The position numbers and the translations under genes were made by a program. From assembly GCA_913043225.1 (NCBI GenBank), contig CAJWLU010000001.1:320001-384000 (forward strand): a DNA stretch of 64,000 bases, given 5' to 3'. The notes under the pieces are model-generated. The model did no database searches. It was given only the letters and a program-made list of their open reading frames with translations, and was not told where the DNA came from. The stretch comes from an uncultured Acidobacteriota bacterium. Its GTDB lineage: Bacteria; Acidobacteriota; Vicinamibacteria; Vicinamibacterales; UBA8438. The stretch's first letter is position 1; each line of letters opens with the position of its first letter. Below, one piece after another: positions 8,283 to 17,768 of the stretch.

Positions 8283-10643
8283 CTAGCGGGGGCCCCCACC
8301 CACGGTGAAGCCGACATAGAACTCACGCCCCGGCGACGGCTCGAAGTAGCGGCCACCCCATGCGTTGGTAATCCCCGAAGAGTTGTAGCGCTCATCGAAG
8401 ATGTTGTCGAAGCCGACGAACGGCCGCACATCGACGTCACCGATCTGCGCGTCCCAGCCGAAGCGGAGGTCGACTACCGTATAGGCCCAGTTGAACACCG
8501 TGTTGGCGTTGTTCAGAGCGTAGTCGTCGTTCCAGCGCACGGTCGCGCCAGAGCGCAAACCGAAGGGCGCGGTGTAGTTGAACCCTGCGAATAAACGGTG
8601 GGGCACCGCACCCGGCTCGAGCATGCCGGAGAAGTCGTTCCCCTCGGGCGTGAAGTTCTCGAACACGAAGTCCTGATAGGTGTAGGCGACGCGAACGTCG
8701 AAGCTAGAGGTCGGCACCCAGTCAAGCGCCAGTTCGAACCCGTCGCGCGAGGTCTCTCCGGCGTTGCGGAAAAACGTTTCTTCGGTGATCGGGCTCTGGA
8801 ACGGCACCAGGGCACTATCGACGGTCGAGAAATAAACGGCCACCTCGTAGCGAAGCCGAGCCGCCTCGGCGAGACCGCGGACACCCACCTCGAAGCTCTG
8901 GAGATCCTGCGGCTCCAGATTCTGGTTGAATCCCCCCGAGCCGTCCTCGGTGTTCGACAGCTCGACGGTGGTCGGCGTCTCGTAGGCGGTCGAGAAGTTC
9001 CCGAACAAGTTCACCCCGGGCGCAGCAGCGAACGTAATGCCCACCGAGGGGCTCACCGCATTCATGGTGCGCTCGCCAGACTGGTCGCCATCGTCCAGCT
9101 TCCGGTCTCCGGCCTGGAAATCGTAGTAGTCCCAGCGCACGCCGGCACTGAGGCGGACCCGGTCTGTCGGCGAGATGCCGATCTGGGCGAACGGACCGGC
9201 CGACATTACTTCCTCGGTCTGGTCCACGAGCAGACTGCCGCTGGTAGCTCGCCCCCCGGCTGTAGTCGGCGCGACCTGCCTAAACTCCATTCGGTCGTCG
9301 TTCTGTGAGGCCACGTCGAGGCCGGCAGCCCAATCGATGCCGGTGCCGCCGCGTTGCGTGCTGCCGATGTACTCGGAACGGAACCCGAATCCGTTCCGAC
9401 CGAGGTCGACGTTCCGAAACGCACCGACGGCGCCCAGATCCCGCCACATGCCCCAACCAGTGGCACGAAACACCTGGGTTCCGCTCAGCCGGTGCTCGAG
9501 GGTGATGCCGCCTTGTCCCTGGGTCGCGGCCTCGCCCCAGTTCCGAGACGCGGCGACGCCTCGGGCCAAACACGCGCCAGACAGGCAGTTTCCGTCGCTA
9601 CCGCGGACCGGATCCCCGCGCGCATCAGACTCGTTAAGGAAACTCGGACTCTCGGCAAAAGGCGAATCGTAGAGGTTGAAGATGCCCCGGATTTCGGTGT
9701 CGGCGCCTAGTTCATGCCGCATGACGAAATTGGCCTGTGTAATCTCGGCCGCGCCATTGTCCCGAAAACCGTCAGTTCCAAAACGGCTGGCACTCAACAT
9801 GAACTGCGTACTCGCGCTGCCGCCGTCGACCCGCAGTTGCTGGCGGTTGTAGCCATAGCTACCGAACTGTACGTCGGGGCGAATGGTCAGGGCCCTCGAC
9901 TCGTCAAACGTGGTCTGTAGATTGATCACGCCGCCCGCCGCGTTGCCATAGAGTACCGAGCTCGGCCCACGGATGACGTCGATCCGGCCCACCGACCCGA
10001 GGTCCACGTTGCCCGGCTCAGTCGTCCCGTCCGCGGTCGTGATCGGAATGCCGTCCTGGATGATCGCCACCCCGCGTAGGCCGAAGCGAGGCTGCGGAGC
10101 GCGGATGCTGAGTCCAATGCCCCCAGACAACCCGTAGTTGCGACGGTTCTGCACGTAGAGCCCGGGAATACCGCGGAGCGCCTCGTCGAGCGACGATCGG
10201 CGCTGAGCAAACTCGATCTGGTCCCTGGACACGACGGCAACTGAATTCGGGACGCCTGAGAGATCCTGGTCGGTCCGGGTAACAATGACCGTCTCATCAA
10301 GCGGCGCCAGCCCGAGGGTCATATCGACCGTCACGGCCACGTTTGCCACGGTCGTGGGCTGCTCTTCGCTCCCGAACCCAGGCAGCACGCCCCGCACGGC
10401 ATAGGTACCGGCCGGCAGATTCAGGATCTCGTAGCGGCCAAGACCGTCGCTCACACCCAAGTGGACCGATCCAGTCGAGGTCGCGGTCGCCGTCACGGTG
10501 ACCCCGGGCAGCACGGCGCCGCTCTCGTCACGCGTGACTCCTTCGATTCGTCCTGACTGCGCAGCTACCTCTGAGACCAACACAACAACCAGCAGCATGG
10601 CCACCCATGCCCCCAACTTCAACAAGTGCCAAACGGTACTCAT
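8283..10643 (-). CDS. TonB-dependent receptor of the YncD/PqqU (PQQ uptake) type, with an N-terminal carboxypeptidase-regulatory-like domain
   Basis: Signal peptide and D.SGAVLPGVTVT N-domain. Plug SLDEALRGIPGLYVQNRRNY...FGLRGV...DGIPITTADG...VIRGPSSVLYGNAAGGVIN. Also YETPTTVELS and C-terminal GRYFEPSPGR. These segments resemble E. coli YncD as I recall it. Confidence 0.8.
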   Translation of the reverse strand: MSTVWHLLKLGAWVAMLLVVVLVSEVAAQSGRIEGVTRDESGAVLPGVTVTATATSTGSVHLGVSDGLGRYEILNLPAGTYAVRGVLPGFGSEEQPTTVANVAVTVDMTLGLAPLDETVIVTRTDQDLSGVPNSVAVVSRDQIEFAQRRSSLDEALRGIPGLYVQNRRNYGLSGGIGLSIRAPQPRFGLRGVAIIQDGIPITTADGTTEPGNVDLGSVGRIDVIRGPSSVLYGNAAGGVINLQTTFDESRALTIRPDVQFGSYGYNRQQLRVDGGSASTQFMLSASRFGTDGFRDNGAAEITQANFVMRHELGADTEIRGIFNLYDSPFAESPSFLNESDARGDPVRGSDGNCLSGACLARGVAASRNWGEAATQGQGGITLEHRLSGTQVFRATGWGMWRDLGAVGAFRNVDLGRNGFGFRSEYIGSTQRGGTGIDWAAGLDVASQNDDRMEFRQVAPTTAGGRATSGSLLVDQTEEVMSAGPFAQIGISPTDRVRLSAGVRWDYYDFQAGDRKLDDGDQSGERTMNAVSPSVGITFAAAPGVNLFGNFSTAYETPTTVELSNTEDGSGGFNQNLEPQDLQSFEVGVRGLAEAARLRYEVAVYFSTVDSALVPFQSPITEETFFRNAGETSRDGFELALDWVPTSSFDVRVAYTYQDFVFENFTPEGNDFSGMLEPGAVPHRLFAGFNYTAPFGLRSGATVRWNDDYALNNANTVFNWAYTVVDLRFGWDAQIGDVDVRPFVGFDNIFDERYNSSGITNAWGGRYFEPSPGREFYVGFTVGGGPR

Positions 10644-10804
10644 TTTCACGAATCCCCCCCCCCAAATTATTTTCGATACACGCATGCACCGACGGCATCC
10701 TCGAAAAACAAACACCGACGGAACACGGGCCTTGATCGAAGCACTCCTCGAAGCCCCTTGTGTCGTACTCTTCCGAGCAACTCAACTACCTACCAGCAGA
10801 CCGG

Positions 10805-12991
10805 TCAGTTCGCCAGCGGGTCGGGACGCATCTGGAACTTCACGATGCCCGGCTTCACGCCCTGGCCACCCTCGATATGCCAGGTTGCCGCTTCGCCGTA
10901 GGTGGCCCACAAGCCACGTCCCTTCCAGCCGGCGTCTGGATCATCAATCCGACCATCGAGCCCACGAGTGAAGAACCCTTGCGGGTACGGCACCCGGAGG
11001 ACAGTCCACTCACCGGAGTCAGGATCAAGAGCCAGCAACGAGTCGGAGTTGGAGCCGGTCGCAATCGGCACGTCGGCACCCAGGCCAAGGACATTCCACT
11101 GGTCCACCCAGTTGTAGTAGTGGAAGTCAGCTCGCACCGGTGGGTCGGTGCCCGCAATGATCGGGCCCGGCGTTTCATAGAGGGTCCATCCTTCGACACA
11201 GTGCCTCCCCTGGGACGTCTCTGGCCCGTTGTGCACCTCGCACTTCGTGCGGTCGAAGCTGGCCAGATGGCTACTTCCGGACAACGCCGTCCAGATCACG
11301 CCATCGCGGTCTATGTCGACACCCCGCGCCCCGAAGCCCCGCTTCTCGGGCGGCACGCTCGAGTCGAATACCGAAGGCACCTCGAAGATCTCAGTCGCGC
11401 ACGTCTCCGGCGGATTGTCGCCGATGTCGAGACGCGCCAGCGTACCGGGGAACCGATTGGCGCTAATCCACACCACCCGATCGTCGGTCGGATCGCCGAT
11501 GACCCCGTAGCTCCCCACGATCACGCGGGTATCGAGGCTCAGGTCGGGCGTGGCCTCCTGGCCGCGTCGCGCCGGCTCATTCCACGGCTTGGTGATACGG
11601 CCATCGCCATTGGTGTCGATGACCGTGGGGCACCAACCCTGCGACGCGCGCTCGTCACCCGTCTCATCGTAGAGCTTGGTGTCAATCCAGCCGACGACCT
11701 GACCGCCGCCGCTGAAATACAGCGTGTCGTTCTCGTCCTCGGCAAACTGAAGATGGTGGGTCCCGAAGCAGGTGTCCACCATGACGAACTTCTGAGTCGG
11801 CGGGTCGTAGTACACGGCTGAGCGGAACCCGTTGTCGAGCGGGAAGTACTGGGCGAACGCGTTGTCCGACCCCTCGCGGCAATAGTCCGGATTCGCGCGA
11901 TTTCGGATCGCCGAGGTCATCCAGACCCGCCCCTTCTGGTCCATCATCGGATTGTGTGGGTTGGCTGGGTCGTTCCAGATGAGTTCATCGCCAAAGAAGC
12001 GCGATGGCACGGGCATCGACTGGGCGATCATGCCGGGCACCGTGGCCGGATCGACCCGCAACGGCACCTTCAGATTCGTGGCTAGGTGCGTGGTCGGGTC
12101 GAGCATGGTCAGCTCATCGTTCGAGATGTTGACGCCGTAGATCGGCCCATTGGCGTTGACCTGCGGATTCCGCTTGTCGGTGGCGATCTCGTCGTGGACG
12201 TAGTCGATCTCAGTACCCCACTCCCACATCGAGATAACGACGTTGCGTTCGATTCCCTGGGGACGCGGCGGTGCGCTCGGAACCGCACCTGACGCGATAC
12301 GCTCGCTCCAGTCGGCGAACATCTGCAGCCCGCGCTGACGACCGAAGCGATTCATGGCGTTGGTCATCTGCGAGCCGCGCTGCCCCATCTGCACCCGGTG
12401 GTCCCAGGCGGCCAAGGTGGAGTCGAACTGGTCGAGGTTGTCGATCTCGCGGATGATGCGGTTCCCCAGCTGGTGACAGAGCATGCAGCCCTGCTTCTGG
12501 ATGTCGACCCACTGCTCCTGGTGCTCGAGCGTGGCAGCGATGCCGTTCCCGTCGTCGCCTGTACCGGGAAACTCTCTCGCCAACGGCGGCTGGATCAGCG
12601 AATACCAGTAGTTGGCCGGGTAAACGCGGGCAGCATCGACCGGATCGGTAGCGACCGTGACCTCAAGCTCAATGCTGTCCCCGGGCGATGCAGTGACGCC
12701 CGCCGAATCGAGTAGCCCGTAGCCACGGACCCACACCTTGTAGCTGGCCGCCGGAAGCTCGGGGATCAGGAAACGACCACCGTCGGTGGTCACCACGCTC
12801 TTGATGAGCTTCGTGGGGAGGTCGGTGGTCTCGGCGATGACCCAGACGCCCGCTTCGGGCCCCAGGGAACTGGTCACCGTACCGGCGATGTCCCCTTCCG
12901 CCGCCCGACCGGGTACGCTAGCCCACACCAACGAGAGACCGACGAGCGCCGACGTCGCCAGCGCTCCAGCGATACGATTCGTTTTCGTCAT
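10805..12991 (-). CDS. Secreted protein: carboxypeptidase-regulatory-like domain, single c-type heme motif and predicted Vgb-like beta-propeller; function unknown
   Basis: Signal peptide, GPEAGVWVIAET domain, CMLCH (CXXCH). Propeller-like blades (MMDQKGRVWMT, VDIDRDGVIWT). RBS GAGGGAG before ATG at 12991. Confidence 0.75.
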   Translation of the reverse strand: MTKTNRIAGALATSALVGLSLVWASVPGRAAEGDIAGTVTSSLGPEAGVWVIAETTDLPTKLIKSVVTTDGGRFLIPELPAASYKVWVRGYGLLDSAGVTASPGDSIELEVTVATDPVDAARVYPANYWYSLIQPPLAREFPGTGDDGNGIAATLEHQEQWVDIQKQGCMLCHQLGNRIIREIDNLDQFDSTLAAWDHRVQMGQRGSQMTNAMNRFGRQRGLQMFADWSERIASGAVPSAPPRPQGIERNVVISMWEWGTEIDYVHDEIATDKRNPQVNANGPIYGVNISNDELTMLDPTTHLATNLKVPLRVDPATVPGMIAQSMPVPSRFFGDELIWNDPANPHNPMMDQKGRVWMTSAIRNRANPDYCREGSDNAFAQYFPLDNGFRSAVYYDPPTQKFVMVDTCFGTHHLQFAEDENDTLYFSGGGQVVGWIDTKLYDETGDERASQGWCPTVIDTNGDGRITKPWNEPARRGQEATPDLSLDTRVIVGSYGVIGDPTDDRVVWISANRFPGTLARLDIGDNPPETCATEIFEVPSVFDSSVPPEKRGFGARGVDIDRDGVIWTALSGSSHLASFDRTKCEVHNGPETSQGRHCVEGWTLYETPGPIIAGTDPPVRADFHYYNWVDQWNVLGLGADVPIATGSNSDSLLALDPDSGEWTVLRVPYPQGFFTRGLDGRIDDPDAGWKGRGLWATYGEAATWHIEGGQGVKPGIVKFQMRPDPLAN

Positions 12992-13038
12992 GGCGAACTC
13001 CCTCGTCCCTACCCCCAAGCGTCCTAGGTTCCGTGCCT

Positions 13039-13410
13039 CTACTTGCGTGAGGCGATCCAGTCTCCGGTGCCATACCAGGAGAAGCTTCCGCTCGCGCCCT
13101 GGATGAAGCCTCCGCTCACTTCGCCCTCGAAACTGATCGGCTGATCGCCGTCAAGGTCCGGTACGACCACAGTGAAGGTTAGTGCCGAACCGTCGAGGGT
13201 CCCGTCCACCGAAAGGATCTCTCGATCACCGATGTCGATCTCTCCGCCGATACCGGTGCCGTTCTGCTCGAACCGCGCCTGCCAAGTGGTCTCACCCGTC
13301 TGGGTCCGCAAGGTCATCTCCCACTCACCGGTGAGACCACCCTGACCCAACAACGGTGCACCAAGCACCGCGGTGGCCGCCAAGACGACCATCGCCAGAC
13401 GTTGGACCAT
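13039..13410 (-). CDS. Small secreted beta-rich hypothetical protein
   Basis: RBS GGAGGAG, signal peptide, LTGEWEMT start of a beta-rich domain, and C-terminal WIASRK. Confidence 0.7.
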   Translation of the reverse strand: MVQRLAMVVLAATAVLGAPLLGQGGLTGEWEMTLRTQTGETTWQARFEQNGTGIGGEIDIGDREILSVDGTLDGSALTFTVVVPDLDGDQPISFEGEVSGGFIQGASGSFSWYGTGDWIASRK

Positions 13411-13443
13411 TGTCACTCCTCCACTTTGACAACGAAAACGGTC

Positions 13444-13472
13444 ATTCTATGCGTCACCCTGTTGAGGGTCAA
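13444..13472 (-). promoter_or_regulatory. Sigma70 promoter for the 13410/12991 genes
   Basis: Minus strand reads TTGACC-N17-TAGAAT, about 30 nt upstream of the ATG. An ACCCT-GTTG-AGGGT inverted repeat lies mostly in the spacer and overlaps the -35. Confidence 0.65.
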
Positions 13473-13619
13473 GAAGGCAAGCCTCTGTCGCTCAATAGAT
13501 TAGCCGTAGTTTGGCGGACGCTGGCGAGAGCTACTCGTCCACCCCAGGGGGCGGACGTCGAACCCGCGACGCCACGGCGCTTGACGCCGACCCGAATCCG
13601 AACGATCCTACGCGCCCCA

Positions 13620-15128
13620 ATGACGACAGAAACGACTGTTGCGAACGTTCCCTACTGGATCAACGGCCGTCAGGCGACCCCCAAAGACGCCCGGCGACTT
13701 CCGGTCACCGACTCGGCAACCGGCGAGGTGGTCCGTAAGGTCCCCTGCGCAGACGCCACCGACATCGACCTGGCGGTGGAAAGCGCAAAGGCGGCCTTCG
13801 CCGGCTGGCGCGCCACGCCTCCGTTACGGCGAGCGCGCATCCTCATGCGGTTCCGGGACCTCCTAGTACAGCACAAGAGCCAGATAGCCGCGGTCGTGAC
13901 CGAGGAACACGGCAAGACCCTCGAGGACGCCGAAGGCTCAGTGCAGCGCGGTCTCGAGGTGGTCGAGTTCGCCACCGGCATCCCGCACCTCCTCAAGGGC
14001 GAGCACTCGGAGGACGTGGGCGCCGGGATCGACTCGCACACCGTGCGACAGCCTCTCGGGGTGTGCGCCGGCATCACGCCATTTAACTTCCCGGTAATGT
14101 GCCCACTCTGGATGATTCCGGTTGCGCTGGCCTGCGGAAACACGTTCATCCTCAAGCCGTCTGAGAAAGACCCGTCGGCCAGTGTGATGCTCGCGCACCT
14201 GTTAAAGGAGGCTGGACTACCAGACGGCGTGCTAAATGTGGTTCAGGGTGACAAGGAGGCCGTGAACGCGCTGCTCCAGCATCCCGGCATCGCCGCAGTC
14301 TCCTTTGTTGGCTCGACCCCGATCGCCCGCCACGTCTACGAAACCGGAACGGCCGCGGGCAAGCGCGTGCAGGCGCTCGGCGGCGCCAAGAACCATGCAG
14401 TAGTACTCCCAGACGCCGACCTCGACGGAGCAGCAGATGCGCTGATCGGGGCCGGGTACGGTTCGGCCGGCGAGCGCTGCATGGCGATCTCGGCCATCGT
14501 GGCGGTCGGCGAAGCGGGCGACGCACTTGTGTCGAAGCTGTCCGAGCGTGCCCAGGCGCTCTCGGTCGGCCCTGGCGACCGAGAAGGCGTGCAGATGGGC
14601 CCGCTCATCACCGCCGAACACGCAGCCCGGGTCACGGGCTACATCGACACCGGCGCTGACGAAGGCGCCAAGGTGATTGTAGACGGGCGCGGTCTGGTCG
14701 TGGCCGGCCATGAAAAGGGACACTTCGTCGGCCCCACCCTGTTCGACCAGGTGACCGACGAGATGACGATCTACCGGGACGAGATCTTCGGTCCGGTGCT
14801 GGTCGTGCTGCGGACCGAGACCCTCGGCGAGGCGATCGACCTGATCAACCGGAACCCCTACGGGAACGGCACCGCAGTCTTTACCCGGTCGGGCGCCGCC
14901 GCGCGGCGGTTCGCCAATGAGATCCAGGTAGGCATGGTGGGCGTTAATGTTCCGATCCCGGTACCGATGGCGTTCTTCTCGTTCGGCGGCTGGAAGAGCT
15001 CGCTCTTCGGCGACCTCCACGTGCACGGTCCGGAGGGCGTAAAGTTCTACACCAGGACCAAGGTGGTCACGACTCGCTGGCCCGTCCATCAGGACGGGGT
15101 CAGCCTGACCATGCCGACCATGAAGTAG
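13620..15128 (+). CDS. mmsA: CoA-acylating (methyl)malonate-semialdehyde dehydrogenase
   Basis: ITPFNFP, LKPSEKDP, SFVGSTP, LGGAKNH, GSAGERCMA, EIFGPV and GVNVPIPVPMAFFSFGGWK motifs. Confidence 0.92.
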   Translation: MTTETTVANVPYWINGRQATPKDARRLPVTDSATGEVVRKVPCADATDIDLAVESAKAAFAGWRATPPLRRARILMRFRDLLVQHKSQIAAVVTEEHGKTLEDAEGSVQRGLEVVEFATGIPHLLKGEHSEDVGAGIDSHTVRQPLGVCAGITPFNFPVMCPLWMIPVALACGNTFILKPSEKDPSASVMLAHLLKEAGLPDGVLNVVQGDKEAVNALLQHPGIAAVSFVGSTPIARHVYETGTAAGKRVQALGGAKNHAVVLPDADLDGAADALIGAGYGSAGERCMAISAIVAVGEAGDALVSKLSERAQALSVGPGDREGVQMGPLITAEHAARVTGYIDTGADEGAKVIVDGRGLVVAGHEKGHFVGPTLFDQVTDEMTIYRDEIFGPVLVVLRTETLGEAIDLINRNPYGNGTAVFTRSGAAARRFANEIQVGMVGVNVPIPVPMAFFSFGGWKSSLFGDLHVHGPEGVKFYTRTKVVTTRWPVHQDGVSLTMPTMK

Positions 15129-15134
15129 GACAAA

Positions 15135-16352
15135 ATGGCTGATACCCCCGCCGGCAATCGCTGGAGACCTCTGATCGGTGGCACCCTGCTCAACCTGGTG
15201 CTCGGGTCGTTCTACGCTTGGAGCGTGTTCGTCCTGCCTCTCGAGCAAGAATTCGGATGGGCTCGGTCCGAGACATCGCTGACTTTCAGCATCGGCATCC
15301 TCACGATGGCGGTGACCTTCGTCTTCGCCGGGCGACTGCACGCGACGGTCGGTTTCCGTCCGCTAGCGGCGATCGGAGGCATCCTATTTAGCATCGGATT
15401 CTTCCTGGCCAGCTTCACGTCGTCGCTGACCGTGCTCTATGTCGCCTATGGCCTGATCGCGGGAGCTGGCAACGGCATCGGCTATTCGATTGCGACCCCG
15501 GTCGTGACCAAGTGGTTCCCCGACAAGAGAGGCCTGGCCATTGGGATCGCGGTCGGCGGCTACGGCGCTGGGTCTGGCGTCTTCGGGCCGATCGCCGACG
15601 AGATCCTGATCCCACGGATGGGATGGGAGACCACCTTCCGGATCTACGGCGTGGTGTTCCTGGCGATCGCGCTGGTAGCCGCCTGGATGCTGAAACCTGC
15701 GCCAGATGGGTATGCCCCGGAGGGCTGGGACCCGAGCCAGCTGAAGGCGGCCGTCACCCCGGTCGGTCGCGACATCACGCCCGGCGAGATGCTCCGCGGC
15801 AACAGCTTCTACTTCCTGTTCCTGGCCTATTTCTTCGGAGCGATCGCCGGACTGGGTCTCATCAGTCAACTGGTGCCGTTCGGCACCTCGGTAGGCATCG
15901 GGAGCGTGGCCCTGATTGGCCTGGTGGTGGGCGCGATCGGCAACACCACTGGACGGGTGCTATCGGGCGCCATGTCCGACAACATAGGCCGTCTGAACGT
16001 CCTTCGCCTCATGGTCGTCGTCTCGGCGGTGGCCATGCCGCTCCTCTATCTCCTCGGGTCCAACGTGCTGTTCTTCGTGGTCGGCGTCTTCGCGGTCTAC
16101 TACTGCTACGGCACCCTGCTCGCCGTCTTCGCGGCAACATCGGCCGACTTCTACGGCACCAAGCACTTCGGCGTAAACTACGGCCTGTTGTTCCTCGCCT
16201 GGGGCATCGCGGCGGTGGCCGGTTCGCAGCTCGCAGGCTTCGTCTTCGACACTTTCGGCAACTATCAGTACGCGTTCTTCGGCGCGGCGGTACTGTCCAT
16301 CATGTCACTAGGCTGCCTCTACAAGGCAAAGAGCCCAGCCCGCGCCGCTTAG
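15135..16352 (+). CDS. MFS transporter, oxalate/formate antiporter (OFA) family
   Basis: About 12 TM helices. GSFYAWSVF, KWFPDKRGLAIG and DFYGTKHFGVNYG motifs. Confidence 0.85.
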   Translation: MADTPAGNRWRPLIGGTLLNLVLGSFYAWSVFVLPLEQEFGWARSETSLTFSIGILTMAVTFVFAGRLHATVGFRPLAAIGGILFSIGFFLASFTSSLTVLYVAYGLIAGAGNGIGYSIATPVVTKWFPDKRGLAIGIAVGGYGAGSGVFGPIADEILIPRMGWETTFRIYGVVFLAIALVAAWMLKPAPDGYAPEGWDPSQLKAAVTPVGRDITPGEMLRGNSFYFLFLAYFFGAIAGLGLISQLVPFGTSVGIGSVALIGLVVGAIGNTTGRVLSGAMSDNIGRLNVLRLMVVVSAVAMPLLYLLGSNVLFFVVGVFAVYYCYGTLLAVFAATSADFYGTKHFGVNYGLLFLAWGIAAVAGSQLAGFVFDTFGNYQYAFFGAAVLSIMSLGCLYKAKSPARAA

Positions 16353-16373
16353 GCGCTTCGAGTCTCGGAAACC

Positions 16374-17762
16374 ATGTCTTCAATCATTCGTCTCGTCGGC
16401 AACCTCGGTGACTCTCTGTCGCGCTTCACCCAGCGCTGGATTCCAGACTCGTGGGTCGTCTGCATGATGTTGACGGTCCTGGCGATGCTGCTAGCCGTGG
16501 CCGGCGCCGGAGCCGGGGTCAACGAAACGGTGCTCGCCTGGGGCGGCGGCATGTGGTCCCTGCTCACCCTGGCGATGCAGTTCACCATCGCTATGATCGC
16601 GGCGCACGCCTGCGTGTCATCCGGGCCGGCCTTCCGCTTTCTCGACTGGCTGGCCAGCCGCCCAGACGTGGAGCGACCCGTTCAGGCCGTGGTACTGCTC
16701 GGGCTCTACTCGATCATCATCGCCTACTTCAACTGGGCGGCCAGTGTCGTCGCATCGGCGCTCTTTGTCCCCTTCATAGCGCGGCGAAATCCGAAAGCCG
16801 ACATCCGCCTGCTGATCGCCGCGGCCTATCTGGGCATGGGCACGGTGTGGCACGGTGGACTATCTGGATCGGCGCCGCTCATCATGGCCACCTCCGGCAA
16901 CCCGATCACAACGGCCACCGGCGGTAACCCGGCGCTCGTCGACCGACTGTATCCAGTTACCGAGACGCTGTTCAACGCCTTCAACCTCACCTATCTGGTC
17001 ATCGTCGCAGCCGTCGGCCTTGGCATGGTCGCCATCCTGCATCCACGCCAAAACGCACGGACCCTGACCCCCGAAGAGATCGACCGGATGATGCCAGTCA
17101 TGCCGACTGAGGAGGAACCGACGACCCCCGCGGCGTCGATGGAGGCGTTCCGGGGCTGGACCCTGCTGGCCGTGGTACTGATCGGATACCCACTCGGCCA
17201 CTCCATCGTGACCCAGGGCTTCGGCGCCAGTTGGACCATCAACGCCTACAACGCGGTGTTCCTGATCGGCGCCCTGCTGCTCCAGGGCAGCCCGGCAAAT
17301 CTAGTCCGCGCCTTCGCCAACGGCGCCCGGACCGCCTCCGGGGTCATCTTGCAGTTCCCGTTCTATGCCGGGATCTTCGGGGTCATCAACGGCACGGGAC
17401 TGGGCGACTGGCTGGGCGACATCTTCGTCACTATCGCCACCACCGAGACTTACCCGCTGATCGTCTATGTCTACTCAGGCATCGTGAACGTGTTCGTGCC
17501 GTCAGGCGGATCGAAGTGGCTGATCGAGGCGCCCTATCTGCTGCCGGCTGCGCGGGAGTTGGCGGTGTCGCCGACCACCACCGTGCTGGCCTATGCCTAC
17601 GGCGACTCGACGAGTAACCTCATCCAGCCGTTCTGGGCGATCCCGATCCTGACCGTCACCCGGATGAAGTTCGGGGACGTGCTCGGCTACACCGGCCTGG
17701 TTGCGCTCGCGCTGTTCGCGGTAACGGTGATCGCCATGTTCCTCATCCCACCGATGCTCTAG
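16374..17762 (+). CDS. Short-chain fatty acid transporter (AtoE family)
   Basis: RWIPD, WGGGMWSLL..AMQ, VWHGGLSGSAPL, LQFPFYAGI, NVFVPSGG and YG..SNLIQPFWA motifs. Confidence 0.88.
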   Translation: MSSIIRLVGNLGDSLSRFTQRWIPDSWVVCMMLTVLAMLLAVAGAGAGVNETVLAWGGGMWSLLTLAMQFTIAMIAAHACVSSGPAFRFLDWLASRPDVERPVQAVVLLGLYSIIIAYFNWAASVVASALFVPFIARRNPKADIRLLIAAAYLGMGTVWHGGLSGSAPLIMATSGNPITTATGGNPALVDRLYPVTETLFNAFNLTYLVIVAAVGLGMVAILHPRQNARTLTPEEIDRMMPVMPTEEEPTTPAASMEAFRGWTLLAVVLIGYPLGHSIVTQGFGASWTINAYNAVFLIGALLLQGSPANLVRAFANGARTASGVILQFPFYAGIFGVINGTGLGDWLGDIFVTIATTETYPLIVYVYSGIVNVFVPSGGSKWLIEAPYLLPAARELAVSPTTTVLAYAYGDSTSNLIQPFWAIPILTVTRMKFGDVLGYTGLVALALFAVTVIAMFLIPPML

Positions 17763-17768
17763 GAGTCC

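Noticed and set aside
10760..11821. Long antisense ORFs (e.g. 10760-11821, 22390-23610, 49827-51347, 52246-53460)
   Set aside because: Shadow ORFs opposite well-supported genes, as expected from high-GC codon bias; no recognisable motifs.
13356..13619. Apparent 88-aa N-terminal extension of MmsA from the ORF caller
   Set aside because: It overlaps the divergent gene and its promoter; homology begins at about ATG 13620.
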